Shown piece by piece: positions 37,673 through 46,910 of a stretch of DNA of 64,000 bases (positions within the stretch are counted from its first letter, which is position 1; every line of letters starts with the position of its first letter). This DNA is from Candidatus Hodarchaeota archaeon (GTDB lineage Archaea > Asgardarchaeota > Heimdallarchaeia > Hodarchaeales > Hodarchaeaceae). A program made the position numbers and the translations under genes. A model generated the notes under the pieces. That model was not told the origin of the DNA, searched no databases, and saw nothing but the letters and a program-made list of their open reading frames with translations. The stretch covers positions 64,638 to 128,637 of the forward strand of contig JAHQWW010000002.1 in NCBI GenBank assembly GCA_029856365.1, written 5' to 3'.

Positions 37673-37726
37673 ATTCAGATTTATTTAACATTCAGATTAT
37701 TTCATCTAGAAAATTCAGATTATTTT
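37673..37726 (+). repeat. Three direct copies of ATTCAGATT(T)ATTT (iteron-like)
   Basis: Copies start at 37673, 37690 and 37713. A second pair, TAATTAATGAAT, lies at 37625 and 37645. All sit inside a 667-bp ORF-poor region. Confidence 0.6.
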
Positions 37727-37817
37727 GTCATCCTCACAAACTGTATGTATTAACATACTGTTTGATCTTTTTTTTTGTCGTGATAGACATACTTTACATA
37801 TAAAAAACTAATCTTAT

Positions 37818-37878
37818 CCAACGTTAATTCAACGAAAATCTTTATGTTTTCTTTATATAGTCTGGATGTCGTTTAACC
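37818..37878 (+). repeat. 61-nt intergenic repeat family, copy 4
   Basis: ccaacgttaattcaacgaaaatctttatgttttctttatatagtctggatgtcgtttaacc. TATCCAACGTTAAT recurs at 37926 and a degenerate TATCCAAAGTTA at 37982. Confidence 0.6.
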
Positions 37879-38091
37879 AGAGTTATAGTACATCATACGT
37901 ATCAACATACGTATTTTCGGTAACATATCCAACGTTAATGAAGACTTTTTACATAAAATTAAGTGTCATCCAGTTTGTAAGTTATCCAAAGTTACAAGCC
38001 ATATTCCGGAGGTTTTTTGTTTAATGGTAAAAATTGTTTTATTTAACCACAAAATATTAAAACTTACCATTTCATATTGAATTGACCTGAA

Positions 38092-38334
38092 ATGTCTGTT
38101 ACAAAAATTGATAAAAACAATCGGATTGTTATAGATAAAAAAACTCGAACAAAACTCGGGCTAAAAACAGGAGATTCTCTCATATTAATCCCTTCTGGAA
38201 AAGAAATCCGGTTAATTCCAGTAAAAAATAACAAGACATTCATCGGAAGTCTCAATAATTTGAATTATGATCCTGATGATCATAAAGCAACAGAAATATT
38301 ACTTAGAGAAGGAAACAAGGCATCTCTAAAATAG
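38092..38334 (+). CDS. vapB: AbrB/SpoVT-type antitoxin (VapB-like)
   Basis: TKIDKNNRIVIDKKTRTKLGLKTGDSLILIPSGKEIRLIPV has the swapped-hairpin AbrB pattern. It lies directly upstream of a PIN gene. Confidence 0.8.
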   Translation: MSVTKIDKNNRIVIDKKTRTKLGLKTGDSLILIPSGKEIRLIPVKNNKTFIGSLNNLNYDPDDHKATEILLREGNKASLK

Positions 38335-38345
38335 GAAGCGAGACA

Positions 38346-38786
38346 ATGCCCGTTATTGACACCATAATCCTCTTTTCCGCAGCAAATACAGAACATAAAT
38401 GGCATTTGATCGGAAAATCAGCCTTAAACTGCGTTAATACCTGGGATAATTGGTGGATTCCTTCTTTCACACTGGTAGAATTTGATCTTGTTTTAAAAAG
38501 TCGAGGATTTTCAAATGAAGAAAGAATGGAAAAATACAGCTTACTCATCCATGATTTTCCTAATATCCTGAATAAATCCTACCCGATTACTCCCCTTGTA
38601 TTACATGAAACAAGCCGCTTAGAGGAGGTGTACGAGTTAGATTATTTTGACGCTGGAATCGCTGCTACCTCTTTGGCCGTAGATGGAAAAATTGCGACTA
38701 ATGATCAACAATTAAAACGAATAACCGAAATTGAATCGCTATGGGAAGAAATTCTGAACCAACGAGGAAGGGGAAATAACAATTAG
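38346..38786 (+). CDS. vapC: PIN-domain toxin (VapC-like)
   Basis: N-terminal VIDTIILF, a central E, LDYFDAGIAATSLAVDGKIATNDQQLKRI. Confidence 0.8.
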   Translation: MPVIDTIILFSAANTEHKWHLIGKSALNCVNTWDNWWIPSFTLVEFDLVLKSRGFSNEERMEKYSLLIHDFPNILNKSYPITPLVLHETSRLEEVYELDYFDAGIAATSLAVDGKIATNDQQLKRITEIESLWEEILNQRGRGNNN

Positions 38787-38870
38787 ACTTTATATTCTAT
38801 CTTAATAATACACCTACTATTTTTAGATATGAATAATGTTAGATTCACTTTGATCTAAGATTAGCTTCTT

Positions 38871-39982
38871 CTATACTCTGGTTCCTGTGATTTGCCACGA
38901 TTGAGAAGTACAATCAAAACACGTGCTACCAAAAAATTTTACTGTAAATGTCGCCTGCCAAGTGTCATTATCGATAAAAGTCCCCTGTAAGGCGAACAGA
39001 TAAGAACAGGATCCAGGTGAATAAAAGCTAACATCTATAGTACCTTCTGATGCCGAAGAACCCGTCATATACCCTTCACCATTCATAGCTGGTTGGATAA
39101 CTACTGTTGAACCATCGTCTACAAAGGTAAACTGCGTATATTGTAAGTCAAGAAGTCCAAAAGCACAGTTAAAAGAAATAGATGGATTGAGATTATAAGT
39201 ACCCGAAATAATGACCTTAATTGTAATGCTATCACTTCCAGAAAGCCCAAAATCACGCCCATCATAAGGAGTGACCACACATGTCCATTCATCTCCAATC
39301 AAAGTCTGATTTGATGGTACAGAGATACCTGTTAAACCAGTCGTGATTCCATTCCGAAACCACTCATAAAAATAAGTAACTGTATCATTATCTGCATCAT
39401 AGCTAGAAACAAGGATTGTACAGCTAAGAGTTTCATTACTATATGCAGGATCAGGTTCAATGAGGACAATAGGTGCCGAGGGAGGGATGTTTTCAGGTCC
39501 TTCAGCTTGTGAAATCACAATGGTATCATTTCCAGGGGAGCCATAATCAGTTCCATCATAGGGGGTAACTATACATGCCCATTCATCTCCAACTGAAGTC
39601 AGAGTAGGAGAAACAGTCTCCCCTGTCAAACCAGTCGTATTCCCATTTCGAAACCACTCATAAAAATAAGTAACTGTATCATTATCTGCATCATAGCTCG
39701 AAACGAGGATTATACAGCTAAGAGTGTCATTATTATATGCAGGATCAGGTTCAATGAGAACAATAGGTGCCAAGGGAGGGGTGTTTCTAGATCCTTCAAC
39801 TAGGTATCAATGATAATACATGTAAGAGAACTATTACTGAATGCGGGATCTGGTTCGATAAGAACCTCAGGAGCGGTAGGAGGAATGTTTTCTTGGATCT
39901 GCTCCTAGTCCAAAAGTTGAATGCAACCAGAAAGAAGGATGACAAGAATGAGTGAAGATATACGCAGGAGTGAAGGAATGAT
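38871..39982 (-). pseudogene. Decayed surface lipoprotein gene with 98-aa (294-nt) tandem Cys-pair Ig-like repeats
   Basis: The distal 300-aa ORF (38871-39773) holds two near-identical units (39477-39770 and ~39190-39476): APIVLIEPDPAY..(D/E)TLSC.ILVSSYDADNDTVTYFYEWFRNG...GDEW.C.VTPYDG.D.G. Upstream in other frames there is a lipoprotein-type signal (IIPSLLRISSLILVILLSGC, Cys codon 39925-39923). A TAG follows at 39907-39905. A truncated third unit (ENIPPTAPEVLIEPDPAFSNSSLTCIIIDT) then ends at TAG 39802-39800. Beyond it the frame shifts into ...VEGSRNTPPLAPIVLIEPDP. Confidence 0.5.
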
Positions 39983-40268
39983 ACTTCGAGCATAGGGAGG
40001 ATGATTCAGCAAGAGGAGTCTAACCAAAAAATAAGAATAACCTAAGAAGAATTAAACTTGGGAATAATTAAAGTTTTGGTATGTACAATAGTGCGTCCAG
40101 GATTCATGGAGGAATTGAAATACATTTGTACGCGATGAAATATTGCCACAGGTAATTTTTAGTTGAGGTGATGCGGGAAAACTGAATTTTTTATAACATT
40201 AAATGGAAAAAGAAAGGAAAATGACACATTAAAAATTGTAGATATACTGCAAAGTAGGTGTAAATTAT

Positions 40269-40469
40269 TTGGTACAAAAGAAAGATAGTATTATTATTCC
40301 AAGCAACCCCAAAATGGTTATACATTGTATAATTGGAATAGTTTCATTTTTTTTATTCAATTTTCTCTATCATTTCATATTCTCATCATTAGTCTCCCTC
40401 ACTGAAAAATATATTTTCACTCTCAGTACTTTCGTTATTTTTATTACATTTTACATATTTATTATCTAA
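40269..40469 (+). CDS. Hypothetical small 2-TM protein
   Basis: 66-aa hydrophobic ORF with a TTG start. The support is weak. Confidence 0.25.
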   Translation: MVQKKDSIIIPSNPKMVIHCIIGIVSFFLFNFLYHFIFSSLVSLTEKYIFTLSTFVIFITFYIFII

Positions 40470-40481
40470 AAAGGGGTAAAG

Positions 40482-40694
40482 ATGATGACCCTTCTAAAAA
40501 GTAATTTATCCACATTACAAATAAGACAAATTGGTATCTATTATGGTAGTCTATTTGGAATTGTAGAGATTTTTATCTTTAGCTTTCTTAGTTTGATTTC
40601 ACTAGTTCTTATCTTTATTGGATCATATTTAGCAGTAGTGACTATCTCGGTAATTCTTGAAAAAGTGAAACTAGGAACTTATGATCCAGATTAA
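40482..40694 (+). CDS. Hypothetical small 2-TM protein
   Basis: 70-aa hydrophobic ORF with an ATG start preceded by aaaggggtaaag (a possible RBS). It lies 12 nt after the previous small ORF. Confidence 0.3.
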   Translation: MMTLLKSNLSTLQIRQIGIYYGSLFGIVEIFIFSFLSLISLVLIFIGSYLAVVTISVILEKVKLGTYDPD

Positions 40695-40900
40695 AATAAA
40701 ACATAATAGTTTTTTATAGATAATTTGAAGAGTTCTGATCCTTTCTCTTACTTTCACACAGACAATAGATATTATTCCTTGGGAAAAAAAGAATTTTGTA
40801 TCAAGTTAGTTGCTTTTATAGGAGTGTGAGCCAGATGATTAAAGAACAACCTTTACAACAAAGCTTTGAAGAATAGATTGTTATTACTCAAATCTCAATA

Positions 40901-40927
40901 TTTATATAAATGGTTATAAATGGTTAT
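40901..40927 (+). promoter_or_regulatory. TATA-like box (TTTATATA) followed by a tandem 10-nt repeat (AAATGGTTAT x2) just upstream of the antitoxin ATG
   Basis: tttatataAATGGTTATAAATGGTTATaagtgaactataATG. The TATA box lies ~32 nt from the ATG at 40940, which would give a near-leaderless transcript. The repeats sit between the TATA box and the start, where an autoregulatory operator would lie. Confidence 0.4.
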
Positions 40928-40939
40928 AAGTGAACTATA

Positions 40940-41161
40940 ATGAAGACTACAATTCAAATAGATAAAGAAGTTTTGAATGCATTAAAAGAACTGAAGAAGC
41001 ATTCACGACAAACCTATAATGAGCTCATTTCTGAGTTAATTACTTTTTATAAAAATGTATCTATCAACAACCAATATGATGAGTTTCTTCACAAGATCCA
41101 ACAAGAAAAAATGAAAGAATTATGGGATAATAAAGAGGACGAGGCGTGGGAAAATGTATAA
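40940..41161 (+). CDS. Putative RHH/CopG-like antitoxin of the MazF-type toxin
   Basis: MKTTIQIDKEVLNALKELKKHSRQTYNELISELI has the beta-strand + helix-helix pattern. It overlaps the toxin gene by 8 nt. Confidence 0.55.
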   Translation: MKTTIQIDKEVLNALKELKKHSRQTYNELISELITFYKNVSINNQYDEFLHKIQQEKMKELWDNKEDEAWENV

Positions 41162-41468
41162 AGCTGGAGACGTGATTCTTGCTCAGATTCAGTTTACAGA
41201 TACCTTCGAAATTAAAAAACGCCCATCAGTTATATTATTTGAGGAATTTGATAATGTTATTGTGGCAGGAATTACTAGTAATTTGAGAATGGAAGGAATA
41301 TCGTTATCAAAAGATGAGGGGGCAATTAAAGATAGTATTATTAAGCTGAATTATATTTTTACTATTTCTACTAAAATGATTGTTAAAAAACTCTTCTCCT
41401 TAAGCATCACGAAGAAAAAACTTCTTTATCAAGAACTGACCAACCGTTTGAGCGAGCTCATCAACTGA
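41154..41468 (+). CDS. MazF/PemK-family toxin (mRNA interferase-like)
   Basis: YKAGDVILAQIQFTDTFEIKKRPSVILFEEFDNVIVAGITSN matches the PemK signature (G.i........d....KkRP.vvl........v.piTs). Confidence 0.75.
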   Translation: MYKAGDVILAQIQFTDTFEIKKRPSVILFEEFDNVIVAGITSNLRMEGISLSKDEGAIKDSIIKLNYIFTISTKMIVKKLFSLSITKKKLLYQELTNRLSELIN

Positions 41469-41684
41469 TAATCTAATGAAATAATTGAAGGGAGTATTAT
41501 TCGGCTTAATATCTTAAAAGATTTAGCTAACTTTGATGTTCTCAATCACTCGTACACTGAATTCCAAGAGTATTTTTCAATCATAATTGATGATAAAATT
41601 GAATATACTCAGCTAGATGATAAGATCAACTATATAATAATGCTTCTAGATTCAGGTATGGCTCTTGGATTTCCGATGGTATAA

Positions 41685-42146
41685 TCTACCCGATTTAAGT
41701 ATAATGATGGAGTTAATTTTACCTTTGCTGAAGAAGTTACATATCGATTGGGTTCCAATAGTGAATATAATCTTTCAATTAATGAAACAATGGTGAGTTG
41801 GACTTTCAATAATTCACATTTAATCTCTGTATTTGATAGTACACAAGAAACTTATACGTTTAATACCAGTAAAGGAGTGTTATTATCAGCGGATCTTGTA
41901 TATAATTCATTAAACTTCAGTGTATCATTAGTTTTAGTAAGTTATGAAAATTCTAATCCTAATGGAGAAACTACATCATTAATAACGACTACACCTTCTT
42001 CCATGTATCCTAAAACAACTACTACCGTTAATCCCAGTTCGACCACCACCTCTACTACTGTCATTCCAAGTATCATACCAGGATTTTATCTAATTTCCGT
42101 TTTAATGGCGGCAATCAGCATATTAGTACGTAGAAAAAAGAAATAA
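41685..42146 (+). pseudogene. 3' remnant of a surface-protein gene (Thr-rich stalk + PGF-CTERM-like anchor)
   Basis: The frame opens at 41685 with no ATG or GTG start (the ORF track uses TTG at 41748). An upstream startless fragment lies in another frame (~41500-41685, ...DSGMALGFPMV*). The C-terminus is TTTTVNPSSTTTSTTVIPSIIPGFYLISVLMAAISILVRRKKK. Confidence 0.4.
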
Positions 42147-42684
42147 TCTTAAAACGTCGTAAAAGGTTGATAGTATGAAACTTTAACACGATCGTTCATT
42201 AAAAACACCAAAAAAAGCAGTTCAATTTAGGGCTTTAGGAATCTATGAAAGCGACGCGATGCATAATATAGGAAGAATGAAAATTCATGAAAATCCAGAA
42301 ATATTAGAAGAAGCAATTGAAAGATTTTACGAAAAGGAAGAAATTGTCTACATCAACAGAGTACTATTTTTGTGATTTTCTTTCTCTTTACAGGTTTAAT
42401 CAGTTTGATCATAGAACGAAAATCGTTGTAAGTGTATTTCTTGTCCATCGATTATCACTCGAACCTAGCAAGGTAGATATCCGTCATTGAGTTCTTCCAT
42501 TGTAAATGGCAATTGATATCTGATATAACTTGCTTCTGAGGCAGGAAATGTTAGTTTCTCATCATACCAAGCATGTATTCTATACCCATAATCCTTAGTC
42601 TTAGTTGTGGAAGAAATGATTATCCTAAAAATGGTACTCACACACATATTTTATTAATGTAACAAAATTAAAGGAATATAGGAA

Positions 42685-43317
42685 TTAGCTTCTCCTCTTT
42701 TTCATAAAGACCTGTATTTTAGCTATCTCCTCCCTATCCTGATCTTCTAATGCTTCATTAATAACATATATCTCGTTTTTTATTTCTTTGATTAAGATAT
42801 TATCCAGAGCATTAACTCGTTTTTGTGTTTTTCTGATTTGTTTTCCTATTTTTCTTAAGAGGCTTTCTTCAGAAGCTAGCCTAACTATTATAGAAATCAA
42901 TTGTTCAAAGATTTTGGTTACAGCATCTATTTTACTACTTGAATCAAGAAGTGATAGCTGTCTTTTTCTTAATGTGCTTATTTTTCCCTCCAGTTTTAAT
43001 ACAGAAGCTTTGACACCACTAATATTTGTGTTCATCAGAGAAACAAAGAAATGCTCTTTAGAACTGAACGCTGCATATTCTATCTTTCTTCCCTCGCTAC
43101 CTTGAACTAAAGAAAGCATAATTCGGGCTTGGTTCGTTTGTTCTAGTACTCTAATCCGTAATTCAACAAGTGCCTTTCCTCTTCTGGTAAGCTCATCAAT
43201 AAGTGAGGTAACTCGATCTTCTAAAAGATCTCGTGCAGAGATTGCTGTTTTCAGTTCCTCTTTTTTTTTCTGAAGTTCTAGCTGTGTAATATTAATAGTA
43301 GAACTCATTTTAAGCAT
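42685..43317 (-). CDS. atpD: A/V-type ATP synthase subunit D (central stalk)
   Basis: Last gene of the operon. A 210-aa long coiled coil with an N-terminal ...TQLELQKKKEELKTAISARDLLEDR pattern. Position and size fit subunit D. Confidence 0.7.
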   Translation of the reverse strand: MLKMSSTINITQLELQKKKEELKTAISARDLLEDRVTSLIDELTRRGKALVELRIRVLEQTNQARIMLSLVQGSEGRKIEYAAFSSKEHFFVSLMNTNISGVKASVLKLEGKISTLRKRQLSLLDSSSKIDAVTKIFEQLISIIVRLASEESLLRKIGKQIRKTQKRVNALDNILIKEIKNEIYVINEALEDQDREEIAKIQVFMKKRRS

Positions 43318-43335
43318 CCATCTTATTGCAAGCTT

Positions 43336-44709
43336 TTAATAATAGTGATCGACAACGCTTTTTTTGATTCGTGTAAGTTCATCCTTGGGAATCATTCGTA
43401 ATAATTCCCAAGACAAATCAAGACTATTTTCGATGGTTCTTCTGACCTGACCTTGATGAATGAATCTTTGTTCAAACTCATCTGTAAACTTTAAGAAACG
43501 TCTATCCTTGTCCGAAAGAGAATCTACTCCTGCGATAGCAACTAATTGTCGTAGTTGAACACCTTTGGCATAAAATGCGTATAGTTGATCTGCTATTTCT
43601 CTATGATCTGCTCTTGTTTTCCCCTTACCGATGCCTGCATTCATGAGACGACTTAGTGAAGGTAATGGATTAATTGGAGGGTAATAACCCATATTGAAGA
43701 GATTACGGTCCAAAAAGATCTGTCCCTCAGTAATATAACCTGTTAAATCAGGAACAGGATGAGTAATATCATCATTTGGCATAGTTAATACAGGAAAAAG
43801 AGTTACACTTCCCTTTTTAGAAATAATTCTTCCGACTCTTTCATATATCGTAGCTAAATCGGTGTATAAGTAACCCGGATAACCTAATCTACCAGGAAAC
43901 TCTTCACGTGCAGCAGACACTTCTCTTAAAGCCTCTGCATAGTTGAGTATATCTGTTAATATTACCAACGAATGATATCCCTTTTCAAATGCCAAATATT
44001 CAGCAATGGTCATAGCTATCCTTGGAATTAATAATCTTTCAATTATCGAATCACTTGCATAATTACTAAAGAAAATTAGATTGCTAATTTTTGCATTTTC
44101 AAAAGACCTTTGGAAGAACCTCCCATCACGTTCGGTAATCCCCATCGCACCAAATATCACAGCAAAATCTGCCTCTTGATTTTTAATTCTAGCTTGAGTG
44201 GCAATTTGTGCTGCTACTTCCTTTGTTGGAAGTCCTGCTCCACTGAAGATTGGAAGTTTTTGACCCAAAACTAAAGAGTTAAGCATATCAATTGAAGAAA
44301 TTCCTGTTTCTATAAAATCTCCCGGTTTAATTCTTTCAGCGGGATTAATTGGATTTCCAGTGACCTCATGAAAAGCTTCAGGTAGTATTTCTCCTTGACC
44401 ATCTATCGGTAACCCCCTTCCGTTCATTGTTCTTCCAAGCATAGCTTCCGCTACCCCAAGTTTAAAGACATCTTGACTGAATGTTACTTTAACACTATCC
44501 TTTTCAATTAATTCTGTACCTTCAAATACTTGAATTATGGTTAGATTAGGATCAGCTTGCAGGACTTGTCCTTGTCGGATTTCCCCATTAGACATTTCAA
44601 TATTGATCATCTCTTCAAATAAGACTCGTTTAATATTATTTAAGAACAATAATGGCCCTTGAATCCGCTCAACTGTTTGATATGTAACACTTTCTAAACC
44701 TGTATTCAT
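43336..44709 (-). CDS. atpB: A/V-type ATP synthase subunit B (non-catalytic)
   Basis: YQTVERIQGPLLFL..., GQKLPIFSGAGLP, ITERDGRFF, GRLGYPGYLYTDLATIYERVGR, TLFPVLTMPNDDITHPVPDLTGYITEGQIFLDR. Confidence 0.9.
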   Translation of the reverse strand: MNTGLESVTYQTVERIQGPLLFLNNIKRVLFEEMINIEMSNGEIRQGQVLQADPNLTIIQVFEGTELIEKDSVKVTFSQDVFKLGVAEAMLGRTMNGRGLPIDGQGEILPEAFHEVTGNPINPAERIKPGDFIETGISSIDMLNSLVLGQKLPIFSGAGLPTKEVAAQIATQARIKNQEADFAVIFGAMGITERDGRFFQRSFENAKISNLIFFSNYASDSIIERLLIPRIAMTIAEYLAFEKGYHSLVILTDILNYAEALREVSAAREEFPGRLGYPGYLYTDLATIYERVGRIISKKGSVTLFPVLTMPNDDITHPVPDLTGYITEGQIFLDRNLFNMGYYPPINPLPSLSRLMNAGIGKGKTRADHREIADQLYAFYAKGVQLRQLVAIAGVDSLSDKDRRFLKFTDEFEQRFIHQGQVRRTIENSLDLSWELLRMIPKDELTRIKKSVVDHYY

Positions 44710-44724
44710 AAAAAAGCCTCATTT

Positions 44725-46554
44725 TCACGCTTTTCGCTTTCTATAAGCTTCTAACTTCTCTGCAACAATATTTCGGATCTCTGAGATCTGTTTTAAATTT
44801 TCTAGCTCTTTCATTCTGTTAACACGTTCAAATATACTTTTTTCTTTTTCAAAAATCTCCTTAGTAGTATGACCAGATCTAATCGCACTTGTAATCCATT
44901 CATATGTCATTTGAAGTGTTAGAGCCATTTCATATGTCTTCTTAATAGGACAATATCCATCAATATCGGAAAAAGCAGATTGTCGTAAAAAACCATCTCG
45001 TATTAGTTCAGCAGCCGCTAGGGTACCAAGCTGTGGTTCTGTTAATGTATCCTTACCAATTAGTCTGACAATCTTCTCGATTTCTTCCTCATCTTTTAAA
45101 ATCTTAACTATTACTTTCCTACTTTCTCTCCAATTTCCTCCAATATCAGGGTATTTGTCCCAATAAGCTAGGATTTCATTAAGATATTGTGTAAAACTAA
45201 TTTCAAAATTTATTGCAGGGTAATGTCGTTGTCTGGCAAGATTAACATCAAGACCCCATAATGCATTGGCATATCTAAGCGTGTACTGGCTTATAGGATC
45301 CGAAAAGTCCCCACCTGGAGGTGAAACCGCTCCTATTACTGTAACACTTCCGATTCTATTTGATTGTGCTTTCACTTTTCCGGCACGTTCATAAAACCGT
45401 CCAATAAGTTTGGGAAGATAACTTGGATATCCTTTCTCACCAGGAACTTCCTCTAATCGTACACTCACTTCTCTAAGTGCTTCAGCCCAACGACTAGTTG
45501 AATCTGCAGTCACCGCAACTTTATAGCCCATATCACGGAAATACTCAGCCAAAGTCATTCCTGAATAAATTGAGGCTTCTCGGGCAGCAACAGGCATATT
45601 AGAGGTATTTGCAATTATTATTGATCTTTCAGACATCGGTTTTCCAGTCAAAGGATCATTTAATTGCTTGAATTCAGCTAAAACATCAGCGATCTCGTTA
45701 CCTCTTTCCCCACATAAAGTTAATATCGCTATATGGGCACTAGAAAACTTTGCTAAAGTTTGTTCAAGTATGGTTTTACCAGTTCCAAAACCTCCAGGAA
45801 TCATTGCTGTTCCTCCATCAATTATTGGATAGAGAAAATCTAGTACCCTTTGTCCAGTTATAAAAGGTTGAGTGTCAATCACTCTTTGTTGGAATGGTCG
45901 GGGGATCCTTACAGACCAATAGTGATAAAGCATAATAGGATTCCCATCTGTATAATGACCAATCGGGTCTTCGATCGTAAATTTCCCCTCATTTATTTCT
46001 TTTATAACGCCTTGACGATTAGGGGGGTTAAGAATATAATGTTTAATTGCATCCGTTTCTTGTACATAACCTAAAATTTCACCTCCGTTGAGTTTATCCT
46101 TAGATTTAACCTCAATTGTATTATATTTCAATTCAGCAAACTTTTCACCTATTTCTATCTCTTTAATATTTTCATATTCAGGAATAAAATGCCACTGCTT
46201 TTTAATTGGTAAAGGATTTCCACTCATACCTTTTTCGATAAAAAGATAGCCTGATCCTTTCAACTGTCTTTGAACACCGTCAATGATATTTCCCAGAAGC
46301 CCAGGACCTAATTTCAGACTCAATGGTCTATTAAGGTCTTGAATTGGTTCTCCAATACCCAATCCAGAGGTTTTTTCATATACTTGAATAATTGTTTTGT
46401 TTCCTTGGATTTGTACTATCTCCCCAATGAGCTTATCCTCGCCCACATAGACTATTGAATTCTTTTTTGATCTTTTTAGACCTTCTGCATGAACCACAGG
46501 TCCAATCACCCTTATAATTCTCCCCAAATTGTTACTTGAGCTCATTCTTCTCAC
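44725..46554 (-). CDS. atpA: A/V-type ATP synthase catalytic subunit A
   Basis: GPVVHAEG..., Walker A GGFGTGKT, CGERGNE, SRWAEALREVS..LEEVPGEKGYPSYL, GSVTVIGAVSPPGGDFSDPI. It includes the A-subunit-specific non-homologous insert. Confidence 0.9.
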   Translation of the reverse strand: MRRMSSSNNLGRIIRVIGPVVHAEGLKRSKKNSIVYVGEDKLIGEIVQIQGNKTIIQVYEKTSGLGIGEPIQDLNRPLSLKLGPGLLGNIIDGVQRQLKGSGYLFIEKGMSGNPLPIKKQWHFIPEYENIKEIEIGEKFAELKYNTIEVKSKDKLNGGEILGYVQETDAIKHYILNPPNRQGVIKEINEGKFTIEDPIGHYTDGNPIMLYHYWSVRIPRPFQQRVIDTQPFITGQRVLDFLYPIIDGGTAMIPGGFGTGKTILEQTLAKFSSAHIAILTLCGERGNEIADVLAEFKQLNDPLTGKPMSERSIIIANTSNMPVAAREASIYSGMTLAEYFRDMGYKVAVTADSTSRWAEALREVSVRLEEVPGEKGYPSYLPKLIGRFYERAGKVKAQSNRIGSVTVIGAVSPPGGDFSDPISQYTLRYANALWGLDVNLARQRHYPAINFEISFTQYLNEILAYWDKYPDIGGNWRESRKVIVKILKDEEEIEKIVRLIGKDTLTEPQLGTLAAAELIRDGFLRQSAFSDIDGYCPIKKTYEMALTLQMTYEWITSAIRSGHTTKEIFEKEKSIFERVNRMKELENLKQISEIRNIVAEKLEAYRKRKA

Positions 46555-46571
46555 TTATTTATGTCGAATCA

Positions 46572-46910
46572 TTAACCAAGTTGAATATGAATTCCACTGC
46601 TTTGAACAATAATGTTTTCTACATATTTAATCGTCGCTTGGCTCCTCTTTCTATTGTCAAGTATTGCTTTAAATGGAGTCGATACAATTACAGGCTTATT
46701 CAACGTTTCTAGCTTTTTCTTAAAAGTAACATCAAATTCTGAGTATAGGTAATCCGCGATTGCAATTAATCCAATGTCTGATTCCTTTAATAGAGTATCA
46801 ATTTTTTTCTGAGCAGAAATTGAATCAACAACAGAATATGTTACAATTCCAGCTAATTGAAATCCAAGGTTTATATCAGCACCAGCGACGATTATAATTC
46901 TTTCAGGCAT
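46572..46910 (-). CDS. atpF: A/V-type ATP synthase subunit F
   Basis: 112 aa, RIIIVAGADINLGFQLAGI... then IGLIAIADYL. This is the typical subunit F pattern and operon position. Confidence 0.75.
   Translation of the reverse strand: MPERIIIVAGADINLGFQLAGIVTYSVVDSISAQKKIDTLLKESDIGLIAIADYLYSEFDVTFKKKLETLNKPVIVSTPFKAILDNRKRSQATIKYVENIIVQSSGIHIQLG

Noticed and set aside
37425-38091. Replication origin (oriC) interpretation of the repeat-rich AT-rich region
   Set aside because: There is no adjacent orc1/cdc6 gene, and no ORB-like elements with the G-rich string typical of archaeal origins. The repeats are short and AT-only. It is kept only as an iteron-like/ncRNA candidate in the findings.
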